DNA of 64,000 nt from an uncultured Ignavibacteria bacterium. GTDB lineage: Bacteria; Zixibacteria; MSB-5A5; SM1-73. The notes beneath the pieces are model-generated. The model saw only the letters and a program-made list of their open reading frames with translations, searched no databases and was not told where the DNA came from. The DNA lies in assembly GCA_964588305.1 (NCBI GenBank), contig CAZPOP010000004.1, positions 26,470 through 90,469 on the forward strand. The letters run 5' to 3'. Below, one piece after another: positions 63,830 to 64,000 of the stretch (position 1 is its first letter; every line of letters starts with the position of its first letter). The position numbers were made by a program, and so were the translations under genes.

Positions 63830-64000
63830 ACCGGATTCCTCCTTGCCGAAGGCATGATACAGATGTTTCATACCTTTCGGACCAAAAATGAAAAACCCCA
63901 CGTGTTTTTGTAAGATTTTGCCCTGCTTTTCAGGAAGGGAGAGCTACACGTCCTCCTAAAACACTACCAGCCAAAGCAAAATCGAACAAACCTTGTGGGG

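Overview
64-kb chromosomal segment from a diderm (outer-membrane-bearing) bacterium that I cannot place taxonomically from sequence alone. The genetic code is standard: TAA, TAG and TGA each terminate at least one gene at its expected C-terminus. Many genes have GGAGG-type Shine-Dalgarno sites, and TTGACA-N16/17-TAxAxT promoter-like sites are visible. Most of the window is housekeeping: truB-ribF-rpsO-pnp, asnS, leuS, apt, surE, gpsA-plsY, der, recN, nadK, dxs-ispA-xseB-xseA, folD, ymdB-rny, and three tRNAs.

Four regions stand out:
1. 22.2-35.4 kb is a respiratory/electron-transfer locus. It holds a two-gene MtrAB/PioAB-like decahaem cytochrome plus outer-membrane barrel. Next to it is a Tat-exported selenocysteine formate dehydrogenase operon: fdhE, dihaem cytochrome c, fdnG(Sec), fdnH, then a porin and an unknown membrane protein, with no cytochrome b subunit. 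mobB-mobA-fdhD follow.
2. The MtrB-like barrel gene carries one in-frame UGA. The hairpin after it resembles the fdnG SECIS in sequence and spacing.
3. 39.4-42.1 kb, between plsY and der, is an AT-richer islet. It contains a REP-associated Y1 transposase (RAYT), REP-like double hairpins, a pentapeptide-repeat/channel gene with two in-frame stops, and a small duplicated ORF with an in-frame TAG.
4. Degenerate tandem 7-8-nt arrays with a GTTCA core recur in several intergenic leaders.

No CRISPR array, rRNA or prophage was seen. All functional calls come from motif and family recognition by eye; no database search was run.
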